In this document: one piece after another, positions 41,774 to 47,832 of the stretch | How the letters are laid out: every line of letters begins with the position of its first letter | Position numbering within the stretch: position 1 is the first letter of the stretch | Assembly (NCBI GenBank): GCA_002256025.1 | Contig: NKIB01014085.1 | Span: forward strand, 1-47,832 | DNA from: Asterionella formosa | Taxonomy: Eukaryota | Length of the DNA stretch: 47,832 bases | Direction: 5' to 3' | The notes under the pieces: model-generated | The model's input: the letters and a program-made list of their open reading frames with translations, nothing else | What the model was told of the DNA's origin: nothing | Database searches by the model: none | Position numbers and translations under genes: made by a program

Positions 41774-44303
41774 ATGGTTACTCTCAATATATTCACAATA
41801 CGAACGCCATATTGTAATAAGGAGAATACGGGAATGCTGATGGTGACAAGTAATCATAACTCAACCCATGATTTGCACAAGTACAAAAAACATGGCATGG
41901 GTCAATTGCTGATCCAAACTGCTAGTCGTCTTTGTAGCGATGAGGAGGCCTGGAACTGTGCATACCCAGGATGTCCTTCCCAACATCAACCAGTTTTTGC
42001 GCAGGTGCTGGGCAATGCGGTTGAGTGGTATAAATCCTTGGGATTTATACACTGCAATCCTATTCCTTGGAGGATGTACAGGATCAATCATCCTTTTGAA
42101 AACCTTCTTCATGATGAGAGGAACAAGAACAATGGCGATGTTGATTCATACAATTATGGACCTGATATGCCAGAACCAGCAAATCTCGAGACCTTTCCTA
42201 TCGTGCGTTTGCGAACAAATATAGCTGGGAGTCTTCTTTCAGCCACTCATTACTATGATCTTCTTGATCATCAATTGGAAGAGCAAGCCTATGTGTACTC
42301 GATGTTTCTTCCACTTGGGGGTTTCATCTACAAGCAACCAAAAGGTATGTTCGTTTATTATATATGCTGTATTCATATTCATTTATTCACTCACACATTT
42401 CTTTTTTTGCATTCATCGCCTGACGGAGGCGATGAATGCAAAGGCAGCTATCAGGTCAGAGTATGCCCCGATCGAAGCTCCTTCATATGCGCTCGGAAAG
42501 CGTGCGAAGAGAGGCACTATACCGAAGGCTGCTTCTATAGTTACAGCAGGATCAACACAGGCCCAATCCCGAGTGTGGCAGAAGAATGTTCCAAAGAAAG
42601 CTACAAAGACGAGGATGAAGGCTTCTCCAAGAACTGTTGCTGCGAAAGCTGTTGCACTCGAGCCTTCTACCAAGGCTACTCCCAAGCATGATGCTACCAA
42701 AGCCGTCACATCCAAGGCAGGTGATTACAACGCTGCGAAGTCAACAGCCAGGAGCCGAGATGTTGCATCAATGCCTGTAACTAATCCTTACGAAGAATCT
42801 GAATCGGAATGCAAACCAGCCGCGATTCCCAGCAAAAAAGTATCGAAACCAGACTCTAAACCAGCTGCCATAAACAGGAAAAAAGTATCCAAACCGGATT
42901 CCAAATCAGCTGCCACCTCCAGAAAAATGGTCTCCAAACCGGAGTCCCAACAAGAAACGATCGAAGGCTACCTGGCCCCCTTCTACTAGTTCTATTTCCA
43001 AGAAATCACGAATTTCTTCCAAGGACAATGATGTGATTAGTCTAACAGATGATGATAGTAGTGAGTCAAAGGCAACTGACTCAACGAATGACCTCCTCCA
43101 TTGTGTCAATCCTGAACTACCTTCTGTTGTCAATTTCGACAAAAGTAACCAGAATGTGATCAAGCTGGAACTCATCCTCTCCCACCATGGGATAAGGTCG
43201 AAACAATTTGACCTAGCAGGAACTCTTGCTTCACGCCGAGCAATCACCACTCAAAGGTTCAGCTCTCAAGGCAGTTTCAAGGGTGTCACTAACACAGCAA
43301 ATAATCGGCGTTGTAGATGTACCTTCACCACCTTTGACCAACATTAACAATGAGGGGCGTAAAAACATCGAGCAAGAAACCTTGATTTCTTCCATGGAAA
43401 AGAACATTGTAAAGGCCAAAGAAGCTGTGGTCCCAACTCCACCAGCTTTGCTTAACAATATTCCTAGTCCAGTCAAAAATTCTGTCCACTTGAGATTTGA
43501 CCGGAGCACCAAGAATTATGATTCAAATACTCATGATTCAGTTCTTGAATCAGCAGCTCAATCAGAGAAAAAAGCGCGTAAGGAAAACAGTGGCAATGCC
43601 ACTGTGGTTTTTGTTCATCGACCACCTCCAGTATTAGAACCTGCCCTCAAACCTGTGCCCTTAACAAAGCACACCACCAAGGCTAATCGACAAGGCAAAG
43701 ACGAAGAAGATATTTCCATCGCCTCAGAGGATGCCTCAGATGCTGGTCCTTCCTTGGAATTTCTCAAGTCTGTTGAAAACTCGAATATGAAGTTGCTTGG
43801 GGTCAACAACAGGGATCATAAGCAGGTCAAGAAGGGTCCACATCTTGCCCTCCAGCGAGATTGGAACCCAGATGAAACTTTAGGTGAAACCTGGTCTATC
43901 ATCAAGCTCCCACCTTCTATCTCCCTCCAGCAGGATCATGTCCAACCTGGTCTGAAACCTGTGCCTCCAACCAAGCATATCACCAGAGTGATTCAGCATA
44001 CCACCAGATTGATTCCGCAAGGCAAAGACGACGAAGATAGCTCCGTCTCTCAGAGGATGTTCCTTCTTTGGAATTTCTCAAGTCTGTTGAGAAATCAAGT
44101 GTGAAGGAGGTGCCTGCGGTCGACAAAAAGGATAATGAAGTCACAAAGGGTAGACTTCTTATTCTACAGAAGGATCATGTCAAACCGGTGCCCAAACCTG
44201 TGCCTCCAACAAAGCACACCAACAAGCTGAATTCACAAAGCCAAGACGAAGATAGTTCCAATGTCTCCGAGGATGGTCCTTCATTGGAATTTCTCAAATC
44301 TGT
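41774..44303 (+). pseudogene. Disrupted gene: GNAT acetyltransferase domain followed by a long K/S/P-rich repetitive disordered tail
   Basis: HKYKKHGMGQLLIQ (acetyl-CoA motif A) and NAVEWYKSLGF (motif B). Donor AAAG|GTATGT at ~42345. Tail ORFs 42255-42989, 43033-43347, 43226-44104 and 44068-44303 are linked by frameshifts and carry repeated KPAA and KPVPPTKH/PSLEFLKSV units. The true 5' end is unclear. Confidence 0.62.
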
Positions 44304-44563
44304 ATATTGGTATGATCGCCAAAATGTAGTGTTTGAACATGACAAATTTTGGCCCTTTTCTTTAACGACGACGAAAAGTCATCAGCAGGTGATGGTGGAG
44401 ATTGATGAAATCCATCATATTCTTCCTGACCGTCGTCTGGACCAGTTGCTGGTTTACGAAACAACTCAGCAGCTGTTTCGCATTCGGGGCTATGTGCGTA
44501 ATGACGGTGAAGGGAAACAAATGGACCCTTATCACATATCAAACAGCAATCATTGTCGTTCAT
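44304..44563 (-). pseudogene. Truncated ORF start with C2HC zinc finger
   Basis: MNDNDCCLICDKGPFVSLHRHYAHSPEC followed by an acidic linker. It ends at the junction with the plus-strand repeat at 44303. Confidence 0.45.
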
Positions 44564-45533
44564 GGTGATAAAACACGATTAAATTGCGATTATGTACCGA
44601 TATTTGTTTTATAGAAAGAGACAACGGCCGACATAGATATTTGACCCATCATTTGTAAAACCACAAAATAAATTATCTCATTCAATTCGATCTAACACAG
44701 CTATACATCCAATGCTACTTTCCCTGATGCCAGCCACTTGCTAGAGATATCACTGTTGACTATTTGAAGTATCTCGGAAATAGCTACCTCTTTTTCGACT
44801 CACTACAACGATATTCGATGAACGCTATTAGCTATAGTACCGGTATGCAACTCCTTTTTCTATAGAACTACAGGTGCCAGTAAATATAAAACATATCTAC
44901 TGATGTTTCTTTTGATTTGATTTGTTAACCGAATCTTATTTGATAAAATAATCATTGTAGACAAATTGTAGCCTTTCCGAAAAGAAATGATAGCTTTGGT
45001 TGCAGCTCTTATTTTCTACTGACTACAATGACATGATCATCAGAGGAACGCGAATACATGCAACAGCTATTTATGTGCAGCAAAATTCGCATATTCGATA
45101 GATTTGCTACAGCTAGATATTTTCCCTGTTGGAGTCTTCATTGTAGCGGTAGTTTTGCTTATAGACGCTCCGAAAAGGTGGGAAAAATAGTTGAGTTAAT
45201 TCAGACATCCTATGTAGTGCAATCTAGCGGCATTACTGGTACTAACCTTCTTTTGCAAATCACAACATTGAAAATCGTGACAATTCACCATGTTCATCAG
45301 ATTTTCTTGAGGTCTGCATTGCTCGCCAAAAAGTATACTGACAAAACATAGACTGCGTGCCAGCTTTTTGTTATGTAGAATGTCCACATGGCTAGTACAA
45401 AGCAAAGGTATAGGAGGAGGACCGTCCGCGCCAGGTTTCTTTTAATGGATAACAGCTACTGGCTAGAATGTGGTGAAGGAACAAATTATAACTTTCGTGG
45501 TAAGATGCATTATGCATTGTGGTTATTGTTATT

Positions 45534-45534
<1 letters not shown>

Positions 45535-45569
<35 letters not shown>

Positions 45570-45570
45570 A
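45535..45570. repeat. (TTGTCG)n microsatellite
   Basis: About six hexamer units seen directly. Confidence 0.9.
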
Positions 45571-46093
45571 CTATCGCTGTTGTTTCTGCTGTTATCCTTT
45601 TGGATCTTATTGGTGGAAACAAGGATCTGGCTGGTGGTGCATTGTGGTTACTTTGGCTGTATACCCTTCTCTTGCTTGTTCTTTGCCCTCCGTTTGAACT
45701 GAATATGCATTATTTGTTAAGAAATGGAAAAGGTCTTACGTGAGTTTAAACAGCTATGATCTTACTCTTTGAATGATGTTCTTCGCTTCCAGAAAAGCAA
45801 CGATGACTCAGTTGCTGCCCGCTTCTGAAAGAAACAGACAGGCAATTGTTTTGCTATTCCTTGTCAGTAGTACAGAAAGGAGGCATCTGAAAGCTCGAGA
45901 AATTATGGTAAGCAGTTAATATTTTGGAAAATGGAGATAGGTTGTGTGTTACATTGTTGTTGTTGTTCCTGTTCTGCACCATCGTCGTGTTCTTCGATTG
46001 TGTTCGGAACTATATTTGATTGTTGTTGTAGTTCCTCTACCTCCATTTCGTTTTTCCTCTTGCTTGTTCCATTTGTATTTGGAACAGGGGTCA

Positions 46094-46688
46094 GTCATGA
46101 ACTTACTCTGTGAACCTTTTTCTTTTCCTACAGACAATCAAACTGTTCTTGGCAGGGCATGGTTGAACCTTGGGAAGAATGAAATGTGTCATGCTCTGCC
46201 TGTGTCAGGCAGGCTATTAATCATTTGTTTTCGCATTGTCGAAACGATTCCTCTGGTGCAAAGGGGATGAATATATACATGGTAAGCAAGTGCAATGTTT
46301 TCTTGCCTTCTGCTGATATTGTTTGCTGTTGCTTGTTGTGGGCGGATCTCCTCTCCTATTCTCCTTCGTCTTTGTTCGGAATTGTTAGCGCATGAATTGT
46401 TGTTTGTAATGAATTAGAAGAAGGACTTGATTGTGTGCTTGTTACTTGCTTGTTGATCACGAACTTACTCTGCAAACGCTGTTCTTTGTCTACAGACAAT
46501 ATATCTGTGGAGCGAGAGATTTGTTGGGAATCAGGCTGCGGCATGGTAGCTAAGCACAACGAAAATAATGCCTTTGTAACAATTGTTTGTTCATGAACTT
46601 ACTCTGCGATTGTTGTTCAATGATCGCAACTTTTGTTTTCTCATCAACTTGCTCTGCAAAATGCTGCCCTCTTTCGACAACAGACAAT
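46094..46688. repeat. Dispersed ~45-bp imperfect repeats within a decayed minus-strand Q/E-rich ORF
   Basis: TCAYGAACTTACTCTG...TACAGACAAT at ~46094 and ~46457; partial copies at ~46591 and ~46644. Confidence 0.65.
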
Positions 46689-47832
46689 AAATTTGAGCAA
46701 TGAGAATGAGCAGCTGGCTCATTTGCTATGAATTGATCTACCGGTAGTAGTAACAGGGATTCCTGCAATTACTATGAGTAGCCAAGCAATCTTGCGATTA
46801 GTTACAGCATCCAGCTGCAAGAATGAACATGCATTGCTTGTCGTATTGGTTTGAGAATCGCGTTCTATAGAAAGTATTAATATAAACTATATAGCAAAGC
46901 GAATAATTTGATTTACTTTGCGATTGTAGAATGAAATTGAAAAAATGAATTGATTACTCATAATTATTTGTTTGACTAGCATATATATTTGTTTAACCTT
47001 GAGGTATTAATGTGATCAAAGCAAAGATAAAATGGGAGCAAACTAACAGAATTAATGGTAGTCAGAGTGAAGAATATTTGTGAACAGAAATGTTGCGAAT
47101 TGTAGAGAAAAGTACCACTTAAAAACTGTAAGCCACCTCTATGACGACTTTTGAACTGTAAGCCACCGCTAAACGGAGTAAACGCACGGTTTGAACTTAG
47201 TTTGGAAGATTGTCACGAAGGAGTTGTTCAGATTTATATAGCGAGTAAATACGTACGTACTTGTATTGTTGCATTGTGTAAGTTGTTAACTACTTATTAC
47301 GGCCCAAAGGTTGCTGTCGACGCGAAATTGCGAAAAATGGAAAATTTCATGTTTACTCTATTGAGCTGGCATCTACTTTCTACACGTGCAAATGTATTTG
47401 GAGAAATTCTTGCCATAGAATTAATTTAGCATTATTACATGTGTGTACGACGTCATTGTGCTTTCGAATACATTATGCATCAGAAGAATTCGGTGATGAT
47501 GCAAGCGCAAAAAGCATACTGCATCGCGCAAAAAAGGTAAAGTAATACGAAAATAGTTTCTGTAGTATAAACGGAGTAAAAATAAACACGGTTTGGGGGG
47601 AAAATATACTCGTGTATGAATAGAAAAATATGCACTGTAAGCCATGGCTATGCAACAATCTTAATGACTTTATAAAAGATTAGATCTTCATGGCTTTATA
47701 CACTGAATCGAAACTGATTACTTATTCGTAGAAAAGAGTGCATCGTGTAACATACACTTCGTACTTGCATCAGGTTTCGATTGTTATATTACTTGAATAT
47801 TTTTTAGTCGGAAGATGGAGTAAAATAACGGT

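Overview
Eukaryotic nuclear DNA, most likely a diatom or related ochrophyte: short GT-AG introns, bipartite plastid-targeting N-termini, stramenopile-type actin and CoDi-like copia remnants. The window has three parts. (1) ~1-15300 is an AT-rich, decayed mobile-element block. It holds a 115-bp tandem array, an intron-containing accessory ORF, a frameshifted Plavaka-like transposase, a convergent repeat-rich dead ORF, a nested IS630/Tc1-like transposase remnant and a tyrosine-recombinase retroelement fragment. (2) ~16091-39067 is a compact island of 10 intact host genes: large coiled-coil protein, short tRNase Z, plastid membrane protein, RUS1/DUF647, Tom40, folate-biopterin transporter, SANT/Myb protein, TPR-kinase-pseudophosphatase, actin and Med21. 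(3) ~39500-47832 is a second decayed block with copia gag/integrase scraps, a broken GNAT acetyltransferase gene with a repetitive tail and a truncated Zn-finger ORF. Highlights are a predicted 4-nt microexon in Med21, a PDK1-like kinase fused to an apparently inactive CPPED1-like phosphoesterase, a possible large cargo-carrying Plavaka element, and dense GGTACC/TACCGGTA palindromic motifs in the intergenic DNA. All family assignments come from motif recognition by eye; no searches were run.
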